Source: Actinomycetota bacterium
GTDB lineage: Bacteria; Actinomycetota; Acidimicrobiia; Acidimicrobiales; Aldehydirespiratoraceae
NCBI GenBank assembly: GCA_039193795.1
Contig: JBCCWI010000011.1
Coordinates: forward strand, 796 to 64,795
DNA length: 64,000 bases
Reading direction: 5' to 3'
Shown: piece after piece, positions 51,703-60,829 of the stretch
Layout: every line of letters begins with the position of its first letter
Numbering within the stretch: the stretch's first letter is position 1
Position numbers and translations under genes: made by a program
Notes under the pieces: model-generated
What the model saw: the letters and a program-made list of their open reading frames with translations, nothing else
What the model was told of the DNA's origin: nothing
The model's database searches: none

Positions 51703-52865
51703 TGACCGCACCGCTCGACGGGGTGATCGTCGTCGCTGTCGAACAGGCCATCGCCGCGCCGTTCGCAACGAGACAGCTCGCCGACCTCGGTGCTCGGGTG
51801 GTCAAGATCGAGCGGCCCGGCTCGGGTGACTTCGCCCGCGACTACGACACGGCCGTCGACGGCAGTTCGGCGTTCTTCGTCTGGGGCAACCGCGGCAAGG
51901 ACAGTGTCGTGCTCGACCTGAAGTCCGAGGACGGCCGGGCCACCCTCGAGACCTATGTGGCCGGCGCCGACGTGTTCGTGCAGAACCTCGCACCGTCGGC
52001 TGCCGAACGGATCGGTCTGCTCGCCGCGCAGGTGCACGAACGGCATCCTCATCTGATCGCCTGCGGCATCTCCGGCTACGGCCTCGACGGTCCTCGCACC
52101 GACGACAAGGCGTATGACCTCGCGATCCAGGCCGAGGCCGGCGCGATCTCGCTCACCGGTTCGGAGGTCGAGCCGAGCAAGGTGGGCTTCTCGGTCGCCG
52201 ACATCTCGGCGGCGATGTACGCGCTCACCTCGATCCTCGCCGCGCTCAACCGCCGCCATCTGACTGGCCAGGGTGCCGTCATCGAGCTCTCGATGCTCGA
52301 GACGCTCGCCGAGTGGACCGCCGCTCCGACCTCCGGTGCGGTCGGTCGGGGCGTTCGCCCGACCCGGGCGGGCCATCGCCACGCCATGATCGCCCCCTAC
52401 GGGGTGTACCCCCTCGCCGACGGGAGTGAGATCGTGATCGCCGTGCAGAACCAGACCGAGTGGGTCGCGCTCTGCACCGATGTGTTCGAGCAACCTCAGC
52501 TCGTCGACGATCCGCGGTTCGCGGCCAACGAGGACCGCATCGCCAACATCGAGGCGTTCGAACCGGTCCTCCGTGCCGCTCTCGTCGCCGTGCCCGCGGA
52601 TGAGATGCGCGCCCGGCTCGCGGCCGCGCGGATCGCCGTGTCCTCGGTCAACGAGCCGCTCGCGCTCTGGGAGCACGAGCAGCTTCGGGCTCGTGGGCGC
52701 TTCACCGCCACCGAACTCCCCGGTGGGCGCGTCGAGACCTATCGGGCACCGTTCAACATCGACGGTGTCGCCGGCGCCGCGCCGAAGGTCCCCGCGCTCG
52801 GCGAGCACGACGCCGAGGTGCTCGCAGAACTGGAGCGGCGAGCGATCAGCCGCCGGCGTTCGTGA
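51702..52865 (+). CDS. Family III CoA-transferase (CaiB/BaiF-type)
   Basis: Start MTAPLDGVIVV overlaps the dehydrogenase stop (TGATG). VEQAIAAPFATRQLADLGARVVKIERPGSGDFAR...GKDSVVLDLK. Confidence 0.85.
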   Translation: MTAPLDGVIVVAVEQAIAAPFATRQLADLGARVVKIERPGSGDFARDYDTAVDGSSAFFVWGNRGKDSVVLDLKSEDGRATLETYVAGADVFVQNLAPSAAERIGLLAAQVHERHPHLIACGISGYGLDGPRTDDKAYDLAIQAEAGAISLTGSEVEPSKVGFSVADISAAMYALTSILAALNRRHLTGQGAVIELSMLETLAEWTAAPTSGAVGRGVRPTRAGHRHAMIAPYGVYPLADGSEIVIAVQNQTEWVALCTDVFEQPQLVDDPRFAANEDRIANIEAFEPVLRAALVAVPADEMRARLAAARIAVSSVNEPLALWEHEQLRARGRFTATELPGGRVETYRAPFNIDGVAGAAPKVPALGEHDAEVLAELERRAISRRRS

Positions 52866-53373
52866 TGACCTGACGCAACAGCTGTGCGAGTTGGTGCTTC
52901 TGGTCGTCGTCGAGGCCGGCCGCCATCTCCACCTCGAAGGCGTTGAAGCGAGGGAAGACGTCCTCGATCGTGTCGAGGCCCGCGGGCGTGAGGCGCACGA
53001 GCACCCGGCGGCGGTCCGCCTCCACGCGTTCGCGCTCGACGAGTTGCTGCTTCTCCAGGGTGGTCACGAGCCCGGTCACGGTGCCCTTGGCGAGGTCGCA
53101 CTCGGTGGCGAGCCGGTTGGTCTCCATCTCACCCCACACCCACAGCACCCACAGGATCGTGAAGCCACCCCAGGACAGGTTCGCCGAGGCGAGGACGGTG
53201 CGTTCGGCCGTGCGGCGAACCGCGGCGGCCGCCCGGTAGATGTTGGAGATCGCCTGGAGGGACACGAAATCGAGCGGACGGTCACCGATGGCGGCGCGGA
53301 TCTCGCGCTCGGCCTGCAGCATCTCGTCGGGGGTGGCGTCGGGAGCCATCGTCGTCCTTTCCGGCGACGTCAC
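52846..53373 (-). CDS. MarR family transcriptional regulator (HpaR-like by context)
   Basis: 175 aa. FVSLQAISNIYRAAAAV...WGGFTILWVLWVWGEMETNRLATECDLAKGTVTGLVTTLEKQQLVERE..DRRRVLVRLTPAG. Confidence 0.85.
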   Translation of the reverse strand: MTSPERTTMAPDATPDEMLQAEREIRAAIGDRPLDFVSLQAISNIYRAAAAVRRTAERTVLASANLSWGGFTILWVLWVWGEMETNRLATECDLAKGTVTGLVTTLEKQQLVERERVEADRRRVLVRLTPAGLDTIEDVFPRFNAFEVEMAAGLDDDQKHQLAQLLRQVITNAGG

Positions 53374-53404
53374 CCTAGGCCCGGAGCGCCGGCCGCGCAG
53401 ATCG

Positions 53405-53416
53405 TTCGGTACCGAA
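53405..53416. promoter_or_regulatory. Candidate operator, site B (perfect 12-bp palindrome TTCGGTACCGAA)
   Basis: Lies in the 71-bp divergent region between the MarR gene (start 53373, -) and the FAH-family gene (start 53445, +). Confidence 0.45.
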
Positions 53417-53444
53417 TCATCTCGGTTTGGGCTACGGTCGGACC

Positions 53445-54329
53445 ATGACGGAGATTCGCAGGATCCTGCTCGACGGCTACCCGACCGAGGTCGTCCGCGA
53501 CGGCGACGAGCTCGTCGCCGGCGACGGTCGGCGGGTCGCGATCGCCGACGCAGCGCACCTGGCGCCGGTCGAGCCGACCAAGATCATCTGCATCCATCTC
53601 AACTACCGCAGCCGGGTCGACGAGTTCATGACCAAGCTGCCCGCGGCACCGACCTACTTCCACAAGCCGATCACCGCGCTGTGCGGACATCGGGCCGACG
53701 TGGTCCGCCCCGACGGCTGCGAGTGGCTGAACTACGAGGGCGAGATCGCCATCGTCATCGGCAAGACCTGTCGCAACATCGCGCCCGAGGATGCCGGCGA
53801 GTACATCGCGGGCTACGCGGTCTCCAACGACTACGGCCTGCACGACTTCCGCGACACCGACGCCGGGTCGATGCTGCGGGTGAAGGGCAGCGACACCCTG
53901 TGTCCCGTCGGTCCCGGGCTCGTCACCGACTGGGACTTCCGCGGCAGGCGCATCCAGACGATCGTCAACGGTGAGGTGAAGCAGGACGCCACCACCGACG
54001 AGATGGAGTGGGACATGCACTACATCGTCGCCGACATCGCCCGCACCATCACCCTCGTCCCCGGCGACATCCTGCTGTCGGGCACACCCGCCAACTCCCG
54101 CACCGTCTACCCCGGCGATGTCGTCACCGTGTCGGTCGAGGGGCTCGGCGAGCTGACCAACACGATCGTTCACGGTCCGATGCCGATTCGCACCGACGTC
54201 GGCGCTCAGGTGTCTCGATCCGAAGAGGTCATGTCGACCGCCCAGGGCGGCGACTGGGAGTTCCGCGGCATCCGAGCCCCGCTCGGCCCCGGCGCCAAGC
54301 ACTACGAGAGCACCCTCGACGATGACTGA
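53445..54329 (+). CDS. Fumarylacetoacetate hydrolase (FAH) family enzyme (HpaG/HpcE-like isomerase/decarboxylase)
   Basis: ATG at 53445 (MTEIRRILLDG). KIICIHLNYRSR, NYEGEIAIVIGK and DILLSGTPAN. Confidence 0.85.
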   Translation: MTEIRRILLDGYPTEVVRDGDELVAGDGRRVAIADAAHLAPVEPTKIICIHLNYRSRVDEFMTKLPAAPTYFHKPITALCGHRADVVRPDGCEWLNYEGEIAIVIGKTCRNIAPEDAGEYIAGYAVSNDYGLHDFRDTDAGSMLRVKGSDTLCPVGPGLVTDWDFRGRRIQTIVNGEVKQDATTDEMEWDMHYIVADIARTITLVPGDILLSGTPANSRTVYPGDVVTVSVEGLGELTNTIVHGPMPIRTDVGAQVSRSEEVMSTAQGGDWEFRGIRAPLGPGAKHYESTLDDD

Positions 54330-55788
54330 CGACCTCCGGGCCGACGTCGACGGCGTGACGGTCCGCACCGGCCACCTGATCGCCAACGAATGGGTCGGAT
54401 CCGCCGCCACCTTCGAGAGCCGCTCACCGTTGGACTGGGACGGGCTGCATCTCGCCGACATCGCCCGCGGCGACGCATCGACCGCGGCCGACGCCGTCGC
54501 CGCCGCGGTCGCCGGGTTCGAGACATGGGGGGCGACGACGCCGGCCGAACGGGCCGAGGTCATGCACCGCCTGGCCGACCTGATCGAAGCGAACACCGAC
54601 GCCATCGCCCACGTCGAGAGCCTCGACATGGGCTTCCTCGAGGAGTCGATGCGGCTCCGGCTGGTCGGGCGTGGCGCGGCGAACTTCCGGCTCTACGCCG
54701 ACCTGATCGTCGAGCACGAGGAACGCCACTGGCCAGCGAAGGCCATGGACAACCGCGTCGTGCGGATGCCGGCCGGTCCCGCCGTCGTGATCACCCCGTG
54801 GAACGCGCCGTTCATGCTCTCGACGTGGAAGCTCGCGCCGGCCCTCGCCGCCGGCAACACCGTGATCCACAAGCCGGCCGAGTGGTCGCCGCTCAGCGCC
54901 GCAATCCTCGCCGAACTCGCCGTCGACGCCGGGTTCCCGGCCGGCGCCTACAACCTCGTGCAAGGCATCGGAGCCGAGGTCGGGGCCGAGTTGGTCGCCG
55001 ACCCCCGTGTCCGACGCATCACGTTCACCGGTTCACCGGCGACCGGGCGCCACATCGGCAAGGCGGCGGCGGAGAACCTCGTGCCGTTCACCGCCGAGCT
55101 CGGCGGCAAAGGCCCGCTCCTCGTCTTCGCCGACAGCGATCTCGACGCCGCCGCCGAGAAGGCGGCCTGGCAGTTCGACGACTCCGGTCAGGTCTGCCTC
55201 GCCGGCACCCGCCTGCTGGTCGAAGCGTCGATCAAGGACGACTTCCTCGAACGGTTCCACGCTCACGCTGACGCCCTCGTCCTCGGTGATTCACGCGATC
55301 CCGCCACCGACATCGCACCCCTCGCCAACCCGATCCATCGCGATCGGGTCCACGGCTTCGTCGAACGGGCCCGGGCCAACGGCGACACGATCGTGCGCGG
55401 GGGCGCGCCCGTCGACGGCTCGCTGCACTACGAACCCACCCTCATCGAGCCGGCGAGCAACCACAGCGAGATCGTGCAGTCCGAGATCTTCGGGCCGGTG
55501 CTCACCTTCCAGACCTTCGCTGACGAGGCCGAGGCCGTCGCCCTGGCCAACTCGACCGCCTACGGCCTCAGCGCCATCGTCTACACCGGGTCCCGGGAGC
55601 GAGCTGAGCGGCTTGGCCGCACGATCCGGGCGGGCCTCGTGTGGGTCAACACCTTCCTGGTGCGCGATCTCACCGCCCCGTTCGGCGGGTGCGGCATCTC
55701 CGGCATCGGGCGCGAGGGTGGCGATCACGCGCTCGACTTCCACGCCGATCTCAAGACGGTGATGATCCTCGACGGGACCACCGAGTAG
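54322..55788 (+). CDS. NAD(P)-dependent aldehyde dehydrogenase (HpaE-like semialdehyde dehydrogenase by context)
   Basis: 488 aa. VITPWNAPFMLSTWKLAPALAAGNTVIHKPAEWSP, FTAELGGKGP and QVCLAGTRLLV (catalytic Cys). Confidence 0.9.
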   Translation: MTDDLRADVDGVTVRTGHLIANEWVGSAATFESRSPLDWDGLHLADIARGDASTAADAVAAAVAGFETWGATTPAERAEVMHRLADLIEANTDAIAHVESLDMGFLEESMRLRLVGRGAANFRLYADLIVEHEERHWPAKAMDNRVVRMPAGPAVVITPWNAPFMLSTWKLAPALAAGNTVIHKPAEWSPLSAAILAELAVDAGFPAGAYNLVQGIGAEVGAELVADPRVRRITFTGSPATGRHIGKAAAENLVPFTAELGGKGPLLVFADSDLDAAAEKAAWQFDDSGQVCLAGTRLLVEASIKDDFLERFHAHADALVLGDSRDPATDIAPLANPIHRDRVHGFVERARANGDTIVRGGAPVDGSLHYEPTLIEPASNHSEIVQSEIFGPVLTFQTFADEAEAVALANSTAYGLSAIVYTGSRERAERLGRTIRAGLVWVNTFLVRDLTAPFGGCGISGIGREGGDHALDFHADLKTVMILDGTTE

Positions 55789-55803
55789 GGGTTCGAAGGC
55801 CGG

Positions 55804-56583
55804 TCAGTACAGCGAACCGCCGCCGCCCGACTCGACTTCGCCGCGTGCGGCAGCGAGCGAGGCTCGGGCGCCGTCGCCCAGTGCGAGCTGGTCGGCGATG
55901 GCGGTGACCATCCGCATGCCCTGCGCGAAGCGCTTGGGCACGAGCGGGCCGGTGGCGTGGCAGCCTGGCATCACCCCGGCCTTCTGACACTCGGCGATGA
56001 TCGTGGCGTAGGCCTCGTCGAAGGCCGGCTCACCGTCGTTGTTCGCCGGCGGAAGATCGAGGGTCAGCGACAGGTCGGCGGGGCCGACGTAGACCGCGTC
56101 GATACCAGGCACCTCGAGGATCGCCGGCAGGTTCTCGACCGCCTGCTTGGTCTCGATCATCGGGATGACAGCGACGTTCTCGCGGGCCCACTCGACATAG
56201 TCGGGTCGCCGGATCCGGCCGACCGTCGGACCGAACGAGCGCGAACCTTCCGGGGCGTACCGGCACGCCTTCACCGCGGCCTCGGCCTCCTCGGGGGTGT
56301 TGACCATGGGGATGATGACCCCCTCGGCGCCGGCGTCGAGCATCTTGCCGATGATGCCGGGCTCGTTCCACGGCACCCGCACGATCGGGATCGATCCACC
56401 GTGTTCGATCGCTCGGATCAGTTCCACCGTGATCTGGTACTCGACGGTGCCGTGCTGGGTGTCGACACAGACATAGTCGAAGCCGGCCCGGGCCATCACC
56501 TCCGCCGAAAGTGTCGCCGGGATCGAGAGCCAACCGCCGACGACGTTCTCACCGTCGTTCCACATCTGCCGAAGCGTTCGCAT
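55804..56583 (-). CDS. HpcH/HpaI family aldolase
   Basis: 259 aa. [56 protein letters not shown] and [14 protein letters not shown]. Confidence 0.85.
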   Translation of the reverse strand: MRTLRQMWNDGENVVGGWLSIPATLSAEVMARAGFDYVCVDTQHGTVEYQITVELIRAIEHGGSIPIVRVPWNEPGIIGKMLDAGAEGVIIPMVNTPEEAEAAVKACRYAPEGSRSFGPTVGRIRRPDYVEWARENVAVIPMIETKQAVENLPAILEVPGIDAVYVGPADLSLTLDLPPANNDGEPAFDEAYATIIAECQKAGVMPGCHATGPLVPKRFAQGMRMVTAIADQLALGDGARASLAAARGEVESGGGGSLY

Positions 56584-56612
56584 GCCCGTTGTCTAGCGCA
56601 TACGTTTCGGCG

Positions 56613-57491
56613 ATGAGCGCCCTCGACCCCACGCCCCTCACGAAGTCCTACGCCACCGTCGCCGGCAAGCGGATGGCCTACCACGAGCGGGGTGAGGGCG
56701 ACGCGATCGTCTTCCTCCACGGCAACCCGACCTCGTCGTACCTGTGGCGCAACATCATTCCCCACGTCGAGTCGTCGGGTCGCTGCATCGCGCCCGATCT
56801 GATCGGGCAGGGCGACAGCGACAAGCTCGACGACACCGGGCCCGACGCCTACACCTTCGTCCAGCACCGCGAGTATCTCGACGGTCTGCTCGAACAGCTC
56901 GATCTCGGTGATGCGGTCACGCTCGTCATCCACGACTGGGGTTCCGCGCTCGGCTTCGACTGGGCGAACCGACACCGCGACCGGGTGAAGGGGATCTGTT
57001 ACATGGAGGCGATCGTTCGGCCCGTCACCTGGGCGCAGTGGCCCGAGGCGGCCCGGGGGATCTTCCAGGGGTTCCGCTCCGACGCAGGCGAGGACATGGT
57101 GATCGGCAAGAACCTGTTCGTCGAGGCGGTGCTGCCCGCGTCGATCCTGCGCGACCTCACCGATGACGAGATGAACGAGTATCGGCGCCCGTTCGTCGAG
57201 CCCGAGCACCGGCGCCCGACCCTCACCTGGCCCCGCCAGATCCCGATCGAGGGCGAGCCGGCCGACGTCGTCGAGATCGCCCAGTCCTACGCCGACTGGC
57301 TCTCGACGAGCGACGTGCCGAAGCTCTTCGTCGACTGTGATCCCGGGGCCATCCTCATCGGCGAGACCCGCGAGTTCTGCCGGACCTGGCCGAACCAGAC
57401 CGAAGTCCGGGTGTCGGGCAATCACTTCGTGCAGGAGGACTCCCCCCACGAGATCGGCGAGGCGCTGGCCGCCTGGCTGGACGGGATCTGA
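56613..57491 (+). CDS. Haloalkane dehalogenase (alpha/beta hydrolase, HLD-II type)
   Basis: ATG at 56613 ([13 protein letters not shown]). [19 protein letters not shown], nucleophile HDWGSALGF and a C-terminal [10 protein letters not shown]. Confidence 0.85.
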   Translation: MSALDPTPLTKSYATVAGKRMAYHERGEGDAIVFLHGNPTSSYLWRNIIPHVESSGRCIAPDLIGQGDSDKLDDTGPDAYTFVQHREYLDGLLEQLDLGDAVTLVIHDWGSALGFDWANRHRDRVKGICYMEAIVRPVTWAQWPEAARGIFQGFRSDAGEDMVIGKNLFVEAVLPASILRDLTDDEMNEYRRPFVEPEHRRPTLTWPRQIPIEGEPADVVEIAQSYADWLSTSDVPKLFVDCDPGAILIGETREFCRTWPNQTEVRVSGNHFVQEDSPHEIGEALAAWLDGI

Positions 57492-57509
57492 CCCGCCGTC
57501 CTCGCCTGT

Positions 57510-58814
57510 TCAGTGGTAGGGCAGGTACTGATCGCGCTCCCAGTCGGTGAGCTCGTCGCCGTCGACGTGCTCGCCGACCGCCGCGATGTAGCGCTCCCAC
57601 TCGGCGTCCTTGTTCACCAAGAAGTTGGCACAGACGTCTGCACCGACGGCCTCCTGGAGGCGTGTGTCGGCACGGAGATCGACGAGCGCGTCCCGGAGGT
57701 TCTCGGCGGAGTGGACGTCGGTGTTCACGTTCTCGAAGCCGTCCTCCACCATCGGGTCGGGACACGGGAGGTCGTCGACGACCCCCAACCGTGCCGCCTG
57801 GAGCACGGTGGTGACCGCGAGGTGGATGTTCGCCGAACCGTCGGGCAGCCGGTTCTCGATTCGTGTTCCGGGGCCGCCCACCTCGGGGATGCGGTTGCCG
57901 GCGCACCGGTGTTCATAGCCCCAGTTGGCCCAGTAGCCGTTGAGTTCGCCCGGCTGGAGTCGGCGATAGCCGGTGATGGTCGGCACGCACAGCGCGGTCA
58001 TGCCGCGATGGTGATGGGTGAGGCCCGCGAGACACTGCTTGGCCAGCGGGGAGAGGTCGCCATCGGCGACCAATGCGTTGTCGCCGTTCTCGTCGACGAG
58101 GGAGACGTTGACGTGGATCCCCGAACCGGACGAGCCGGCGAACGGCTTGCCGAGGAAGGTCAGGTCGAGGCCCTGCTTGAGCGCGGTCTCGCGGGCCAGG
58201 ACCCTGAACAAGAACGCGTCGTCGGCCGCCTTCAGCGCATCGTCGTACTCGAGTGTGAGCTCGAACTGGGCCTCGTCGAACTCGGCGTTGATGGACTCGG
58301 GCTTGAATCCACAGGCCTCGGCGGTCCAGGCGATGTCGGCGATGACGCCCTCGGGATCGGCGCCGGGTCCCGTCGCGTACACGAACGAACGGGGTGTCTC
58401 CCACCGTTTCCACCCGCCTGCGCCGTCGGGCTCCATCACATAGGCCTCGAGTTCGATGCCCACCTTGACGCCGAATCCGAGCTCGGCCCAATCGGCCACC
58501 GCCTGTTGCAGCGCGTACCGCGATGAGAAGGTGTACGGCGCGCCCTCGAAATCGAGGTGGGCGATCGCGACGCCGGTGCGGTCGTCCTCCCAGCTGGGCC
58601 GGAGGGTGTCGCGCTCCATCGTGGCCCAGACGTCCTTCAGTCCCTCGAACAACGATGCGCCGGGTGCGGGCACCAGGTCTCGGTCATAGGCCGTACCGAA
58701 GACGGTCACACAGTGTCCGGTGCCTCGCTCCGCGATGCGCGGTGGCAGGTACTTGCCGCGGGCGAGGCCCAGGTGGCACGGCCAGAGGATGCGGTAGCGG
58801 TCGTAGTCGGTCAC
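57510..58814 (-). CDS. Glutamine synthetase family protein (gamma-glutamyl-amine synthetase-like, GlnA-paralog type)
   Basis: 434 aa, GTG start. GIELEAYVM, NAEFDEAQFELTL, GSGIHVNVSL and NRIP...RIENRLPDGSANIHL. Confidence 0.85.
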   Translation of the reverse strand: MTDYDRYRILWPCHLGLARGKYLPPRIAERGTGHCVTVFGTAYDRDLVPAPGASLFEGLKDVWATMERDTLRPSWEDDRTGVAIAHLDFEGAPYTFSSRYALQQAVADWAELGFGVKVGIELEAYVMEPDGAGGWKRWETPRSFVYATGPGADPEGVIADIAWTAEACGFKPESINAEFDEAQFELTLEYDDALKAADDAFLFRVLARETALKQGLDLTFLGKPFAGSSGSGIHVNVSLVDENGDNALVADGDLSPLAKQCLAGLTHHHRGMTALCVPTITGYRRLQPGELNGYWANWGYEHRCAGNRIPEVGGPGTRIENRLPDGSANIHLAVTTVLQAARLGVVDDLPCPDPMVEDGFENVNTDVHSAENLRDALVDLRADTRLQEAVGADVCANFLVNKDAEWERYIAAVGEHVDGDELTDWERDQYLPYH

Positions 58815-58830
58815 GCTGCGACCCTACTCG

Positions 58831-58842
58831 TTCGCTACCGAA
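58831..58842. promoter_or_regulatory. Candidate operator, site C (TTCGCTACCGAA; 11/12 match to TTCGGTACCGAA)
   Basis: Lies in the 56-bp divergent region between the GS-like gene (start 58814, -) and the gamma-glutamyl hydrolase gene (start 58871, +). It shares the left flank CTCGTTCG and the right flank T with sites A and B. Confidence 0.4.
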
Positions 58843-58870
58843 TGGTCCTGTCCGACTAGCCTGCGACACC

Positions 58871-59587
58871 ATGAAGCCGCTGATCGGGATCGTCGGTCGC
58901 CGCAAGAAGGGCCACGACATCGCCGCGATGCCGGAGTCGCTGCACCACCTCGATCTCGAGCTGTATTTCAGCGACTACAGCCGGGGGGTTCTGGCCGCCG
59001 GTGGCCTCCCGGTCCACATCCCGATCGAGGCCGATCCGGCCGCGATCGCCGCACGCATCGACGGTGTGCTGCTGTCCGGTGGGGCCGACGTCGCACCGGC
59101 GCTCTACGGCCAAGACGCCGAGACCGACCTGTACCCGCCCGAAGCCGACCGCGACCGGATGGAGATGGCCCTGATGGATGCCGCGGTCGACACCGGCATG
59201 CCGGTGCTCGGCATCTGCCGGGGCCTGCAGATCGCCAACGTGCATGGTGGCGGGTCACTGCATCAGCACGTGCCGGAGCAGGCGCGCTACGACATCGCGC
59301 CCACGGCGGTGGTCGACGCCGTCCGTTTCGAGTCCGATTCGGTGCTCGGTCGCCTGTACGGCGAACACCGCGACGTCAACACCTTGCACCACCAGACCGT
59401 CGACCGGGTCGCCGCCGACTACCGGGTCACCGCCTGGGGAGCCGACGGCGGCGTCGAGGGTCTCGAACACGCGGAGCTCCCCATCGTGTCCGTGCAGTGG
59501 CACCCGGAGATGATGACCGAGCGCGACACCGACCCGGTCTTCGGCTGGTTGGTCGAGGCTGCGAAGCTGTACGCCGCGGCGCGCTGA
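58871..59587 (+). CDS. Gamma-glutamyl-gamma-aminobutyrate hydrolase-like peptidase C26 (class I amidotransferase fold, PuuD-like)
   Basis: ATG at 58871 (MKPLIGIVGRR). GVLLSGGADVAPALYG, PVLGICRGLQIANV and VQWHPE. Confidence 0.85.
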   Translation: MKPLIGIVGRRKKGHDIAAMPESLHHLDLELYFSDYSRGVLAAGGLPVHIPIEADPAAIAARIDGVLLSGGADVAPALYGQDAETDLYPPEADRDRMEMALMDAAVDTGMPVLGICRGLQIANVHGGGSLHQHVPEQARYDIAPTAVVDAVRFESDSVLGRLYGEHRDVNTLHHQTVDRVAADYRVTAWGADGGVEGLEHAELPIVSVQWHPEMMTERDTDPVFGWLVEAAKLYAAAR

Positions 59588-59603
59588 TTGGTACCGTCGC
59601 GCC

Positions 59604-60380
59604 ATGGCGTACGAACGGATCACGGTCGAGCGCGACGGCGACGTCGTCACCCTCACCCTCGCCAACCCCGAGAAGCGCAACGTGTTGGCGCTCGACACGA
59701 TGCAGGAGATCACCGCGGCGTTGACCGAGATCGGTGACACCGACGCGCTCGGCGTCATCGTCGCGGCCGAAGGCCCGGTGTTCTCCGCCGGCCACAACTT
59801 CGGCGACATGCTCGGTCAGTCCGAGGAGGACGTGCGGGCACTCTTCGACGTCTGCACCGAGATGATGACCCTCATCCAGGCACTGCCCCAGGTCGTGATC
59901 GCCCGGGTCCACGCCCTGGCGACGGCCGCCGGTTGCCAGTTGGTCTCGATGTGTGACCTGGCGGTCGCCGGTGCGTCGGCGGCGTTCGCTGCGCCCGGGG
60001 GCAAAGGCGGGTTGTTCTGCCACACGCCGATGGTCGGCATCTCCCGGGCCATCGGTCGCAAGCGAGGCCTCGAGCTCGCCTTGATCGGGGATCCGATCGA
60101 CGCGCACACCGCCGCCGACTGGGGGCTCGTGAACCGGGTTGTCCCCGACGATCGGCTGGTGGACGAGACGGCGGAGCTGATGGCTCGCGCCACCCGCGGT
60201 TCGGCCACGTCCAAGGCGCTCGGGAAGCAGACGTACTACGCCCAGATCGACATGGCGCAGAGCGATGCCTACGAGTTCGCGACCGGCGTGATGTCGGCCG
60301 GCGCGGTCTCACCCGACGGGCAGGAGGGCATCGCATCCTTCGTGGAGAAGCGGCGACCGGAGTTCGGTCCTCGGGTGTGA
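59604..60380 (+). CDS. Enoyl-CoA hydratase/isomerase (crotonase) family protein
   Basis: 258 aa. VVTLTLANPEKRNVL...VIVAAEGPVFSAGHNF...ATAAGCQLVSMCDLAV. Confidence 0.85.
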   Translation: MAYERITVERDGDVVTLTLANPEKRNVLALDTMQEITAALTEIGDTDALGVIVAAEGPVFSAGHNFGDMLGQSEEDVRALFDVCTEMMTLIQALPQVVIARVHALATAAGCQLVSMCDLAVAGASAAFAAPGGKGGLFCHTPMVGISRAIGRKRGLELALIGDPIDAHTAADWGLVNRVVPDDRLVDETAELMARATRGSATSKALGKQTYYAQIDMAQSDAYEFATGVMSAGAVSPDGQEGIASFVEKRRPEFGPRV

Positions 60381-60826
60381 GCTGGCAGCTCGCCCAGTTC
60401 AACGTCGCGACGGCGAAGTTCGACGACGACGATCCGCGACTGGCCGAGTTCATCGACAACCTCGATCGGCTCAACACCCTCGGCGACGACGCGCCCGGTT
60501 CGGTGTGGCGCTTCCAGAGTGACTCCGGCAACTCCGTGGACGTGAAGGCGTACGAGGATCCGCGGATCCTGCTCAACCTCACGGTGTGGGAGGACGTGAA
60601 GTCGCTCTGGGACTATGTCTACAAGACCGATCACGTCGACTTCCTGCGACGCCGCACCGAGTGGTTCGAGGTCGAGTCGCAACCCTTCGTCGTGATGTGG
60701 TGGGTCCCGGCCGGCCATCGACCCACCCCGGCGGAAGGCGTCGAGCGTCTCGAACACCTGCGGGCGAACGGGCCGACGCCCTACGCCTTCTCGTTCCGTG
60801 ACAACTACGAGCCACCGTCCCGGTGA
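60377..60826 (+). CDS. DUF3291-like protein (stand-alone paralog of the N-domain of 21017..22015)
   Basis: 149 aa. WQLAQFNVA, WRFQSDSG, TVWEDVKSLWDYVYKTDHVDFLRRRTEWFE, MWWVPAGHRPT and ERLEHLRANGPTPYAF. 4-nt overlap with the crotonase gene. Confidence 0.7.
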   Translation: MSWQLAQFNVATAKFDDDDPRLAEFIDNLDRLNTLGDDAPGSVWRFQSDSGNSVDVKAYEDPRILLNLTVWEDVKSLWDYVYKTDHVDFLRRRTEWFEVESQPFVVMWWVPAGHRPTPAEGVERLEHLRANGPTPYAFSFRDNYEPPSR

Positions 60827-60829
60827 CGG

